A stretch of 64,000 nt of DNA from Coniocarpon cinnabarinum (lineage: Eukaryota), in assembly GCA_051942205.1 (NCBI GenBank), contig JAVECO010000012.1, positions 1-64,000 on the forward strand. Reading direction: 5' to 3'. Position numbers and translations under genes: made by a program. The notes under the pieces were generated by a model. The model did no database searches. It had not been told where the DNA came from and saw only the letters and a list, made by a program, of their open reading frames with translations. Positions 25,029-35,847 of this stretch are shown here, piece by piece (the first letter of the stretch is position 1; every line of letters begins with the position of its first letter).

Positions 25029-26303
25029 ATGTCATCGGACCAAGCGCAACAGCTGGATGCTCTCCTGCTGCTTCGTGCAGCAATTTACCTGAAGAAGAAC
25101 CCTTTGCTTACAAAGACCTCATCTCCTTCCAAGCCTGAAGACGTCACAGATGATATCGTGGAAGCAACGCATTTGGAGTTCAATCACAACGGCCACCAAA
25201 CTGCCGCCCTCGATGCACCTACACGCTTCGAGATCTCAGACAAACCAATCAACCTGCGAAGCATCTACTTCGCGTTCTTGAACAAGGATACAAACATCAG
25301 CGACTACATTGCCGCGGTCACCTCAAGTAGCCAGCGTCTCACCGCCCAAAGCAAAGCACCTCTGGTCCAACTACCATTCGCTGCGAAACTCGACTTGAAC
25401 ACATGGCTCGACCAATCTTCAGACGACAGCGACTATATCAAACCGTTGGAAGCAGATGAACAGGCTCGCCAAACCGCAGCAGCGATAGGTGCTGCGGCTG
25501 GCGTGCCATCAGTCCACACGGTTGGCACCACTGCTGCGACCAAAGAGATCGATCCACGATTGCGGGAGATCTACAAAGGCGAGCGGAGGATGGGCGATCG
25601 GAACAGCGTACTCCATGGTATCAAACACACAGACTTCAGCCGAGTTTACAAGTATGCAGAGGAACACGTGAAGCGCAGCAAGAGCAAGCAACAGGCCGGA
25701 AGTCATGTAAGAGCAGTAGCCAATGGACCCTCAGGGACCCCGGCTGTGCTCGCGAGCCGTAACAAACCCACTCGTCGCGTGGAACCTATCATCATGGTCT
25801 CGCCATCGGCTTCGTCCCTCCTGAGGTTGAGCAACATAAAGTCTTTTCTTGACGAAGGCATGTTCATGCCACCTGAGATGGGGTCCACGGAAGCAAATCG
25901 CCTCCAGATCCAACGATCCTTGCCTAAGATCGATCCCTCGCGTCCAATGCGCTTCATACTTGTCGATTCGCCCGAAATGTTCAAGCCTGACTACTGGTCT
26001 CGAGTCGCGGCCGTCTTCACCACCGGCCAGACCTGGCAATTCAAGTCGTACAAGTGGCAATCACCGCCTGACTTATTTAGCCATGCCCTTGGCATATACG
26101 TGGGTTGGCGAGGAGATACAGTGCCATCAGTCGTCCAAGGTTGGGGCCGTGGTGTGTTGAAGGTGGAAATCGACAAATATCAAGGCCCAGCACAGAACCG
26201 CTGGCGCGACCGCGAAGAAGTCGAGCGTGTCTGGTCCGCGATTCAAGACTCTATGATCTCCAAAGGCATGAACAGAGACGGCGCTTTGACCGGCAATCGA
26301 TAG
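25029..26303 (+). CDS. CDC73: Paf1 complex subunit Cdc73
   Basis: ERRMGDRNSVLHGIKHTDFS, PIIMVSPSASSLLRLSNIKSFL, DYWSRVAAVFTTGQTWQFKSYKW (Cdc73 C-terminal domain). Confidence 0.93.
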   Translation: MSSDQAQQLDALLLLRAAIYLKKNPLLTKTSSPSKPEDVTDDIVEATHLEFNHNGHQTAALDAPTRFEISDKPINLRSIYFAFLNKDTNISDYIAAVTSSSQRLTAQSKAPLVQLPFAAKLDLNTWLDQSSDDSDYIKPLEADEQARQTAAAIGAAAGVPSVHTVGTTAATKEIDPRLREIYKGERRMGDRNSVLHGIKHTDFSRVYKYAEEHVKRSKSKQQAGSHVRAVANGPSGTPAVLASRNKPTRRVEPIIMVSPSASSLLRLSNIKSFLDEGMFMPPEMGSTEANRLQIQRSLPKIDPSRPMRFILVDSPEMFKPDYWSRVAAVFTTGQTWQFKSYKWQSPPDLFSHALGIYVGWRGDTVPSVVQGWGRGVLKVEIDKYQGPAQNRWRDREEVERVWSAIQDSMISKGMNRDGALTGNR

Positions 26304-26451
26304 TGGCGTCGTCGCTTCTGAATAATCACTACTGCGTTCAAGCGAAGGTGTTGGAGGAAGGGTAGATTTCTAGGCCTCCAGTGGCATTTTCGATTTATCT
26401 TAAGTTGAGCTGAGAGGCCGGTCGCCGCTCGGATGCATTCCTGGACGATGC

Positions 26452-27030
26452 TCATCTTGAAGGGTCGCCAAGTGCAACGTCCACTAATCTTGCAACATTT
26501 GCCTTCTCTACAGGCTTGCCTTCGAGTGTTCCTCCCGGCCCTAGGAGCTTCTTCATCACTGTGCCTTTGTTGAGGGTTTGCCCGCTTTCTTGACTCATGC
26601 TCGCGCTGTTCACAATGTCGCCAATACGCGTCATGATTTCATCGTCACCAATTGTTTCGACGCCCCCGGCATACTCTTCAAGCACACTGACTTGCGCATC
26701 CTCATTCTGCTTCAGATCCGGTCGACCCCCTTTGGCGAACTCAGCCGCCGCCTCTCTGCCTGCGGCGGTGCGCTTACGCAGGAGTGACAGCACGTGCATG
26801 TCGGTGTTGATAGGGTTGCTAGTCTTAGCGGCCGTAGTAACATCCGCAATGAGTCCGCGAAGTACATTCAGGCGATTCTTGTCTTTCTCTTGCATGGCTG
26901 TTTTCAGATCTCGTCGGAGCTTAAGCAGCAGTGGAGGTGGTGTCGTGGAAGTACTTGCGAGGCGCTTCTGAGCCGCGCGCGCAGGACTTTGTGATAGCCG
27001 CCATGTGCGGCAGAAAGCAATAGCTGTCAT
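26452..27030 (-). CDS. AIM41: Mitochondrial YqeY/GatB-domain protein Aim41
   Basis: Arg/Ser-rich presequence from the ATG at 27030; LKLRRDLKTAMQEKDKNRLNVLRGL and EFAKGGRPDLKQNEDAQVSVLEEY. Confidence 0.85.
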   Translation of the reverse strand: MTAIAFCRTWRLSQSPARAAQKRLASTSTTPPPLLLKLRRDLKTAMQEKDKNRLNVLRGLIADVTTAAKTSNPINTDMHVLSLLRKRTAAGREAAAEFAKGGRPDLKQNEDAQVSVLEEYAGGVETIGDDEIMTRIGDIVNSASMSQESGQTLNKGTVMKKLLGPGGTLEGKPVEKANVARLVDVALGDPSR

Positions 27031-27411
27031 GTTGAGCCGACGAATCTGTGTGTTGACTGGCTGTGAGGGTGTAAATATTGTCAATGGCATTCCTAGGTCG
27101 TATAAAAGTTTCAGGTGGCCCAAGCTTTTTTCTAGACGAACCAAGCACCAGGTGAACCGACCGCAATGCCAGCCACTTGAATACATCTTTGTGCGCGCGA
27201 AGACCTCTTCGTCTTGCTTTTCTTGCATTTCAGTCCGCGTTGGAACGCGTAAAAAGCTTGTCGCTTTATATTGAGCAGTTGCCGTCCCAGGAGAATACCT
27301 CTTTTTCCACAGCATGCGCCAAACGCGTCGTCTGATGTTTGCTCAAGATTAGACAAGCGGCGTCTCCTGGGGGACCTTCTGATCATACTTCAACGGACGC
27401 ACAAACGAAGA

Positions 27412-30400
27412 ATGGCCGCCGCTGTAGCCCCTTCAACTCCTGTTGCGCCTGGTCATTATGCAACTACTCCCGCTCCGAATCGACAGCTGCCTTTTGACGC
27501 AAGAACGTCACAGCCAAATCGAACATTGTCATTTGGTGATGGCGGACGCGGACCGTCAGCAGAGCGGAGCTCTGTGTCATATCTAAACGTCAACGGCCAA
27601 GCGGTAAATCCAATGGCTCCTCCGCCTCCAGCGCCCGCAAAGAGCATGACTCTCATCGAGAGGGCTGCCAAAACAGTCAACGACAAGCTCGACGAAGCAG
27701 GCCGATTTCCTGCTATCGATTTCTATCTCAGTCAAGGGTCGTCTGGCGATTATGACATATCTCAGTCCTCTGCATGGGCACCTTTCCAACGAGTGAAGAC
27801 GCACGACATTCCAGACCAAGTGCTGGAGCAGTACAACAATGCTCAATTTTCGACATCGCTCGGCCTGTTTGCTGAAATTGGGCATGCTTGGGTCGCGATC
27901 GACAACTCGCTATATCTATGGGACTACACACATCCAAACCCTGAGGTGCTGGGTTATGAGGAGGCTCAGTCAGGAATTACGTGCGTCCGACTCGTGAAAC
28001 CTAGACCAGGAGTCTTTGTGCCTACGATCACTCACCTGATCGTGATCGCTACAACGATGGACATACAGCTTGTCGGCGTCGCTTGCACTGATAACGACTT
28101 GGGATCCAAGACAGTGAATTTGTATCGTACGGATATGAGAACACAAACCAATCGGACTAGCATCGACTGCATCGTAGGAAGCTCTAAAACCGGTAGAATT
28201 TTCTTCGCAGGCCGGTCGGATAACGAAATTTACGAACTCACATACCAGCAGGAGGACAGCTGGTTTCGGCCCAAGTGCGCCAAAGTATGCCAGACGAGAA
28301 GTGGCGCCAGGTCCTACATACCTTCCAACCCATTTTCTGGAAGAGGATCCGAGCATGTCGTTGATTTGGTGGTGGACGACTCGCGAAATACACTGTATGC
28401 TCTATCGACTGGCTCTGCTATTCGCGCCTTTACTCTGCGAGGCTCCTCCGATTTGCCGATGTCTTTGGAGCGGACTTTCTCCAGCATCCTTAATGAGCTT
28501 GTTCACAGAACGCCTCAAAACGAAGTCATCAACGCTCAATCGCCGATCGTTTCGCTTAGTCCTTTATCATCACAGGAAGCCTCTCGACTTTGGCTAATGG
28601 CTACACTATCCACTGGAGTACGTATATACTTCAGCGGAGTCTCCGGATCTTACATATCCACCACAGGCGATGGCTTATCAAGCTTGCAAATCCATCATGT
28701 GCGCTTTCCACCTCCGGATGCGACGTCGACAGCGGTCAGTACCCAAGCACTTCAGCCCACGGGGCAGCAAAATGCGCCTCCCGCAGGTCAGCTGGCAACC
28801 ACTTCCAAGGCGCTAGTACGAACGACACGAAGCTTTCGCTACCAACCTGGTTACTTCACTTGCTTCGTTGAGAAAGGTAACAGAGGTGAAGCCGAAGTGT
28901 TCTTCACTGCCCCTGACAGCGCCAGAATCGCATCAATGCGTCAAGATCCATCTCAATACAATAATTTCCCCGAATCTGGTCAGTGGATAAATATGAGCAT
29001 GCCTCTAGAGGTTGGCCTGTCCACGACACCTTTTGCGGCCTCGCCCAGACCAGAAGGCTTCGGCAACGAATTGGCAACACAATTTGATCAAGGAGTGGCT
29101 GAACTTGCAATCCTGACAAACAGCAGCATCACAACGTATCGGCGACGCAGACTAGTCGATGTCTTTGCGTCGACAATTCGCTTGGGTGGCTTTACTGAAG
29201 GGCTGGGTGGGGAGATAACAAGTTTTGCGCATCGCTACGGGCGTCCAGAAACGATTGCGAGTGCTTTGGCTGTCGCCTGTGGTCAGGCATCTGACGTGGG
29301 CCCTGATGCGCGAGTCGTCAAAATAACTGATAACCAGGTCTTACAAGCAGCACGGGAAACATTCATCGCGCATGGAGGTCGTCCTGAGGCTGACCAAAAC
29401 GCGGCGTTTGAGTCTGGCATCCCTACCATCGACCAGATCAGACCCTCTCCGCGGCATGAAGGTCTTGCGCTGTACTTGTCGCGGCTTTTGAGATCTGTCT
29501 GGCGAGCCAACATTCTCATCGAAGGGAAAGAGCAATCCGGGGCTTTGAAGATCACTCCAGCAGTCTCAGCCCCCAAATTGCAGGGCATTCAGCGTGATCT
29601 CATCCGCCTGCAGGAGTTTTTGAACAACAACAAGTCTTCCATCGCGGGATTGTCCGGACCCGATGCTCTTGGAAGAGCCGCAACAAAACAAGACGAAGTG
29701 TCTCTGCAAGCTGAACATCGCGCACTTAATTCACTGCTTCGACTGACAGGGGACGTTGTTGAAGGCATGTCTTTCGTCCTTGTCTTGTTTGAGGAGAGTG
29801 TGGTAGATATCATTCTCTCCCTGCCCGAATCTTCGCGCGAAATTGCCAAGGGAATGACTTTCGAACGGCTTTTTTGCACATCACAGGGCAAAGATCTGGC
29901 GAAAGAATTGGTGAAAGCCATTGTCAATCGCAATATCGCCAGCGGTATGAACATTGATAGCGTTACGGATGCTCTTAGGAGGCGATGTGGAAGCTTCTGT
30001 TCTGCTGACGATAGTGTGATTTTCAAAGCACAGGAACAACTCAAGCGAGCTTCAGATCCTGCGACCAGCAATGAAACCAGCCGCAATCTGCTCAATCAAA
30101 GTTTGCAGCTATTGACCAAAGTCGCCGGCAGCTTAACTCTGGAACAGCTTCAATGGGCGGCAATACAGTATATCAACCAAAAGTTTTTCGGCGGTGCCGT
30201 ACAGTTGATTTTGACTGTGGCAAATGAGCAAGACCGAGGCAACAGCGCGCTTGCGTGGTTCAGGGACGGCAGACCTGGACAAGATGCTCGTGAGGCTGCT
30301 TTCGTGAACCGACAGAACTGTTATGATATGATTCATGATGTGATCAACGCGGTCGATGCTGCAGCTGTCTCTGCGCCTACAATGATCGACGGTCAATACA

Positions 30401-31698
30401 CGCCAGAAGCAAGACGTCACCGAGAGGCCTATGAAGTTGTGAATACGTCGCAAGATGAGCTCTTCCACATCAATCTCTACAATTGGTACCTCTCCAATGG
30501 CTGGGCCGATCGCTTGTTAGAGGTTCGGTCACCTTTTGTTGTGTCATTCCTTTCGCGAGAGGCATCCTTTTCGCTCGAGCGTGCTGATCTTCTCGCAAAA
30601 TACTTTGCACATCATCACGAATTTGTCGAAGCTGCTCGCGTACAGTTCTCACTTGCAAAATCCACCGACTTCGCGATCCCGCTGGAAGCCAGAATTACGT
30701 ACTTGTCCTATGCTCGAGCGAACGCATCCACCAAGCCCATCGGCCTTGGGGGTAGCGGCTACTCCTCGCTGAACGGCTCTCATCCAAGAGCAAACCGACA
30801 TCAGCTACTACGTGAAATATCAGACCTCCTCGATCTGGCATCAATCCAAGCGGATGTCCTATCCCGCATTCGCATTGACATCCGTGTTTCCGCCGAGCGA
30901 ATACCCTCAATCGTAGCCAAGCTCGATGGCCCCATCTTATCTTTGGATACCCTCTTCAACGACTACGCCGATGCTGGCTCCTACCATGACATTTGTCTCG
31001 CTATTTATCAATCTGCCGACTATCGCAACCCCGCGGATATCAAACAAACCTGGGATGCGCTTTTCAAATCTATCGATCATGAAGTTCGCGAAGCCCGCGA
31101 ACGCTCAGCAGCTGGCGAACCTGTACCTCCATCGGCCATACTCGGAGATGACGTTGACCCATCCGGTGCCCTGCCATGGGAAATGGTTGGCTTGAAGGTT
31201 CAAAGCGTGGGTGCTCGGGTGGGTCGAAGCGAAGCCATCTTCCCTCTACCCACCATTGTGCAACTTTTATACACCTACCTGATCAATACCGAGCAAAACC
31301 TTCCCACGTCTGCATCCCGCAACGCCGCTCATGGGTTACCACCAGCCGCGGTCAACTTCGTGCCTTCTCTGTTTCTGATTCCGCCTCTCGCTAATCTCTT
31401 CGACCCTCAGCAGCTCGTGAGTGCTCTTGAGAGGTTGTTCTACATCCGTGAAGCACCCTTTCGCGGAAAATCGAGTCGGCGAATGGTCACACGAGATTTG
31501 ATCTATACCATTCGCATATTCTATGAGCAGACACGGCACGCCAGCGATGGGGTAATGGGCGGTCCAGAAGCGGCACAGGGAATGGCCGAGCTGCTGGGCG
31601 AGGTGCTGAGCAGTGATGTCGCCAGAGAGGAAGGCATCGGCAAAGAGGGCGGAGATCTATTGCGGGCAGTCCGAGCAAGCATGGGTGGTTTGCAATAA
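27412..31698 (+). CDS. NUP170: Nucleoporin Nup170/Nup157 (Nup155 family), ~1428 aa
   Basis: Long single ORF with GLFAEIGHAWVAIDNSLYLWDY, IYELTYQQEDSWF, GFGNELATQF, RPSPRHEGLALYLSRL and LRRRCGSFCSADD. ATG at 27412 assumed. Confidence 0.93.
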   Translation: MAAAVAPSTPVAPGHYATTPAPNRQLPFDARTSQPNRTLSFGDGGRGPSAERSSVSYLNVNGQAVNPMAPPPPAPAKSMTLIERAAKTVNDKLDEAGRFPAIDFYLSQGSSGDYDISQSSAWAPFQRVKTHDIPDQVLEQYNNAQFSTSLGLFAEIGHAWVAIDNSLYLWDYTHPNPEVLGYEEAQSGITCVRLVKPRPGVFVPTITHLIVIATTMDIQLVGVACTDNDLGSKTVNLYRTDMRTQTNRTSIDCIVGSSKTGRIFFAGRSDNEIYELTYQQEDSWFRPKCAKVCQTRSGARSYIPSNPFSGRGSEHVVDLVVDDSRNTLYALSTGSAIRAFTLRGSSDLPMSLERTFSSILNELVHRTPQNEVINAQSPIVSLSPLSSQEASRLWLMATLSTGVRIYFSGVSGSYISTTGDGLSSLQIHHVRFPPPDATSTAVSTQALQPTGQQNAPPAGQLATTSKALVRTTRSFRYQPGYFTCFVEKGNRGEAEVFFTAPDSARIASMRQDPSQYNNFPESGQWINMSMPLEVGLSTTPFAASPRPEGFGNELATQFDQGVAELAILTNSSITTYRRRRLVDVFASTIRLGGFTEGLGGEITSFAHRYGRPETIASALAVACGQASDVGPDARVVKITDNQVLQAARETFIAHGGRPEADQNAAFESGIPTIDQIRPSPRHEGLALYLSRLLRSVWRANILIEGKEQSGALKITPAVSAPKLQGIQRDLIRLQEFLNNNKSSIAGLSGPDALGRAATKQDEVSLQAEHRALNSLLRLTGDVVEGMSFVLVLFEESVVDIILSLPESSREIAKGMTFERLFCTSQGKDLAKELVKAIVNRNIASGMNIDSVTDALRRRCGSFCSADDSVIFKAQEQLKRASDPATSNETSRNLLNQSLQLLTKVAGSLTLEQLQWAAIQYINQKFFGGAVQLILTVANEQDRGNSALAWFRDGRPGQDAREAAFVNRQNCYDMIHDVINAVDAAAVSAPTMIDGQYTPEARRHREAYEVVNTSQDELFHINLYNWYLSNGWADRLLEVRSPFVVSFLSREASFSLERADLLAKYFAHHHEFVEAARVQFSLAKSTDFAIPLEARITYLSYARANASTKPIGLGGSGYSSLNGSHPRANRHQLLREISDLLDLASIQADVLSRIRIDIRVSAERIPSIVAKLDGPILSLDTLFNDYADAGSYHDICLAIYQSADYRNPADIKQTWDALFKSIDHEVREARERSAAGEPVPPSAILGDDVDPSGALPWEMVGLKVQSVGARVGRSEAIFPLPTIVQLLYTYLINTEQNLPTSASRNAAHGLPPAAVNFVPSLFLIPPLANLFDPQQLVSALERLFYIREAPFRGKSSRRMVTRDLIYTIRIFYEQTRHASDGVMGGPEAAQGMAELLGEVLSSDVAREEGIGKEGGDLLRAVRASMGGLQ

Positions 31699-32256
31699 TG
31701 TGGCTCTTATTGTGGGAAAAAAGCGTTGGCGAACTGCCTATCTTGTGCAGAGATGCCGTCACGACAAGGCTACGTTGGGACATTTTGCTGCGTTGGAGCG
31801 ACTATGATTGGCCATCTATTTGGTCTGTAGCATGGCCTCTGGGATGACATGCATTAATTCAGCTGAAAAGCGTAACGAGTGATCTTTCTTCAGAGGAATC
31901 CAACGTGCATCTACAAGCGCACATTCACAATGGTGCAGTGGATGCTGCCCAGCAATAGAACCACTTTGGAGGGTGTTCGCGACTAGTCACGCGTCAAATC
32001 ATGGTATTCTGCTCCCATCGCTGATGACACAAGACATCTTTTCACGACGTTCTGAAGATACAGAATGATACAGAATGATAAGCGAATGGTTATTATGATT
32101 GTCACGTGATAGGTCAAGTGCTGTTGCTCCTGACAACGGGACTGTTTGGGGCGTACGTCAGAGCTTGCGCCGATCTTCGTCGAGACAGCAATTGTGGTAT
32201 GCATCAGCTCTCTCGCACAGCACCCCAGAATTCCTGAGCAATCTGAAAAAGCCACC

Positions 32257-35200
32257 ATGAGGCGTGTCAAGGTCAACAGCAAGACCAACTCTCAGTCGCC
32301 CACCGACTACCCGCCTTCCCACATCACCACCGCACCAACTCCGCCTTCGAACCTCTCCCGCAATGGCTCTACGTTGCGTCTGCTGAATCCGCAAGACGAG
32401 CAACGGCCACCTTCGTATGTCCAAAGCCTACACAGATCACCCTCGAAGAAAAAAGCTGTCGCATTTGTTGACCAACCGCTCTCCCCTTTAATTGACGAGA
32501 CAATCGCAAGCTTACAAGATCACGCCTCCAGTCCAAGCCCCATACAAAGATCATATCAACCGTCGTTATCGCGCAAGCCGTCGGTGCTGGACGGCATTCC
32601 AGACATTCCACCTCCAGATCGCGATCCTTCATATGCTCCTTCAGCCTCAAATCCTCCCTCTCCGACACGACCATGGACACCATCACGGGGGACAACCGAC
32701 CGAACGCGGCCGCCTGCATCCAATGCTTCCTATGAGCCTGCTGACCTAAATGGAAGTCCGCGACCTGGGACGCCGTCTTCGCAGTACGGTGGCAGTCCAA
32801 AGAGACCGCTTCCCCCGCAACCCCTCTTTGCTCATGGTCGACCAATGTCAGTGAGCTCTCGAACAGATGCTGCGCCCGACACGACTATTCCAATCAAAGA
32901 GGATGAAGACGGCGACAGCGATGATGTATTTGCTCCAGATTTGGATGAGAAGAGGCCGCCGTTGACCTCAACGACATCTTTCATGTCAGAGTCGACCTTA
33001 GCAAGCGATGCAGATGAAAAGGCCAGCTTTGATTTGTATGGCGAAGCGCCCATGGGCAAACAAACAAGAAGAGGAGCACGACAAGCCCAAATGACACGCA
33101 AAGAGGTTCGACTTATCAATGGTGAGCTCATTCTGGAGTGCAAAATCCCCACGATTCTCTACTCGTTTCTCCCACGTAGGGATGGACAGGAATTTACTCA
33201 CATGCGATATACCGCTGTGACATGCGACCCCGATGACTTTATCGACCGCGGATACAAGCTGCGTCAGAACATAGCGCCTACAACCCGCGAAACCGAACTG
33301 CTGATATGTGTGACAATGTATAATGAGAATGAGCTTGACTTTACGCGGACGATGCACGGCGTTATGAAGAACATCGCACACTTTTGCTCCAGGAACAAGT
33401 CCCGCACTTGGGGAAAAGATGGCTGGGAAAAGATTGTGGTCTGCATCATTTCAGACGGCCGTCAGAAAGCTCATCCGCGCACGCTTGACGCTCTTGCAGC
33501 AATGGGGGTCTACCAAGATGGAATCGCCAAAAATCTCGTGAACTCAAGACCCGTTACCGCGCACATGTACGAGTATACTACACAGGTCTCATTGGATGGC
33601 GACCTGAGGTTCAAAGGAGCTGAGAAAGGCATCGTGCCCTGTCAGATGATATTTTGCATGAAGGAGAAGAACCAGAAAAAGCTGAACTCTCATCGATGGT
33701 TCTTTAACGCTATTGGCCGAGCACTCAATCCAAATGTTTGCATCTTGCTCGATGTGGGCACGAAACCAGGAGACACCTCATTGTACCATCTGTGGAAAGC
33801 TTTCGACAGAGATTCATCTGTCGCCGGAGCCGCTGGAGAGATTAAAGCTGGCAAGGGTAAAGCCTGGCTGGGTCTTCTGAACCCACTCGTGGCCTCACAG
33901 AACTTCGAGTACAAGATGTCTAATATCCTCGACAAGCCTTTAGAGTCAGTATTTGGATACATCACGGTATTGCCGGGAGCGCTCAGTGCCTACCGATATC
34001 ACGCCCTACAAAATGACGAGACTGGACATGGCCCTTTGAGCCAATATTTCAAAGGCGAAACAATGCACGGACAAGATGCGGATGTGTTCACTGCGAACAT
34101 GTATCTTGCTGAAGACCGAATTTTGTGCTGGGAGCTGGTCGCCAAACGCCATGAGAGGTGGGTGCTGAAGTATGTGAGCAAGGCGACTGGAGAAACCGAC
34201 GTTCCTGGTAAGCCCACAAACGTGTCTTGCATGCCACCAAGGGCAATCGCTAATACTTTCAGATGCTGTTCCTGAATTCATCTCACAGCGTCGACGTTGG
34301 CTGAACGGAGCATTCTTCGCGGCTGTGTATTCTCTTCTGCATACTAAGCAAATCTGGCGAACAGACCACTCGCTCGCTCGGAAGATTCTTTTGCACGTCG
34401 AGACTGTTTACCAGTGCATTCAGCTCATTTTCACCTTCTTTTCAATGGTGAGCATCACAAGCAAATGGTTAAGACCTCTGCTAACGCTCGTAGGCAAACT
34501 TTTACCTGACTTTCTTCTTCATCGCTGGCTCACTTGCGGATCCAAAACTTGATCCTTTCGGACATGGCATCGGGAATGCAATCTTCATCATTCTGCGCTA
34601 TGTGTGCGTACTGCTTATCTGCATGCAATTCATCCTCTCCATGGGCAATCGACCGCAAGGTGCAAAAAAGATGTTCATGGCAAGTATGATCGCCTTTGGC
34701 ATCATCATGGCGTACACAACATTTGCAGCACTGTATATTGTCGTCGGACAGCTGACCAATCAAGCTGGAATCACCATTGGCAATAATGTCTTCACCAACC
34801 TGGTGGTCTCGACTTGCTCAACCATTGGCTTGTACTTCCTCATGTCGTTTATCTACTTGGATCCATGGCACATGTTTACCTCATCGGCCCAGTACTTCGC
34901 ACTGCTCCCGTCCTACATTTGCACATTACAGGTCTACGCGTTCTGCAATGCACACGACGTGACTTGGGGCACAAAAGGAGACAACGCCATCAACACCGAT
35001 CTTGGTGTTGCGGTGCAAGGCAAAGGGAACACCGTTGAGCTCGAGATGCCGTCCGAACAACTGGATATCGACTCCGGATACGACGAGGCGCTGCGTAACC
35101 TCCGCGACCGCATCGAGGTCACGAAACCGCCCATCTCCGAGCAGCAAGCGCAAGAAGACTACTACCGCGGCGTCCGCACGTACCTGGTCGTCATCTGGAT

Positions 35201-35552
35201 GATGAGTAACGCCATCCTCGCCATGGCCGTCTCCGAAGCCTATTCGGGCACGCACGTCAAGAGCAATTTCTACCTGAAGTTCATCCTCTGGGCTGTAGCC
35301 TCTCTCGCGGCGTTCCGCTGTCTGGGATCAACTACGTTCCGCATCATGAATCTGGTTCATTCGATTGCTGAGGGTAAGGCCAAGTGGGCGAGTCGAAGTA
35401 AGGGGAGGACGGGCCTCGGCGGTGGGACGGGTAGTAGTTGGGGTGGGAGTGGCGTTGGGAGTAGATTGAGTGCGCCGAGTTGGATCTCGGGGAGTGGCAG
35501 TTGGATTAGTAGTAAGTTGAGTAGTGTGGGGAGCGCTGTGAGTAGGCGATGA
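32257..35552 (+). CDS. CHS2: Chitin synthase, division 1 (probably class II), 3 exons
   Basis: [47 protein letters not shown], and QRRRW after intron 34208-34262; second intron 34448-34493; HDVTWGTKG. Class assigned from recalled N-terminal motif only. Confidence 0.93.
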
Positions 35553-35847
35553 GGCACCCCCACGTGCGGCGTCTGAACATCTAGACGGTGGCAATAGGGA
35601 AATAACATGGTTGGGTGTAGCATTTCTCGGTGTTGGATTCTGGGAAACATATAGTGTACGAATAAAGATTTGAGCGTTGACCACGGCATCCACCATGTGA
35701 TTATCCAGCCAAAGCAAGTATTGAGCTCGTTCCACTACCGTAGGAGACGAGATCTTGAAAGCTCGCTCATAGGCAACGAGATGTCCTTCTGTAGCCCAGA
35801 TGGAAAATTTACAATAGTCTATACAGTATATCAAGATTACATCTTCG

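Noticed and set aside
27271..27411. ORF-track N-terminal extension of NUP170 (likewise AIM41 to 27315 and the chitin synthase from 32146)
   Set aside because: These begin at non-ATG or poorly supported upstream codons in promoter/UTR sequence; downstream ATGs fit better.
35400..35460. G-run cluster (possible G-quadruplex) at the chitin synthase 3' end
   Set aside because: Explained by Gly/Ser/Trp codons of a low-complexity tail.
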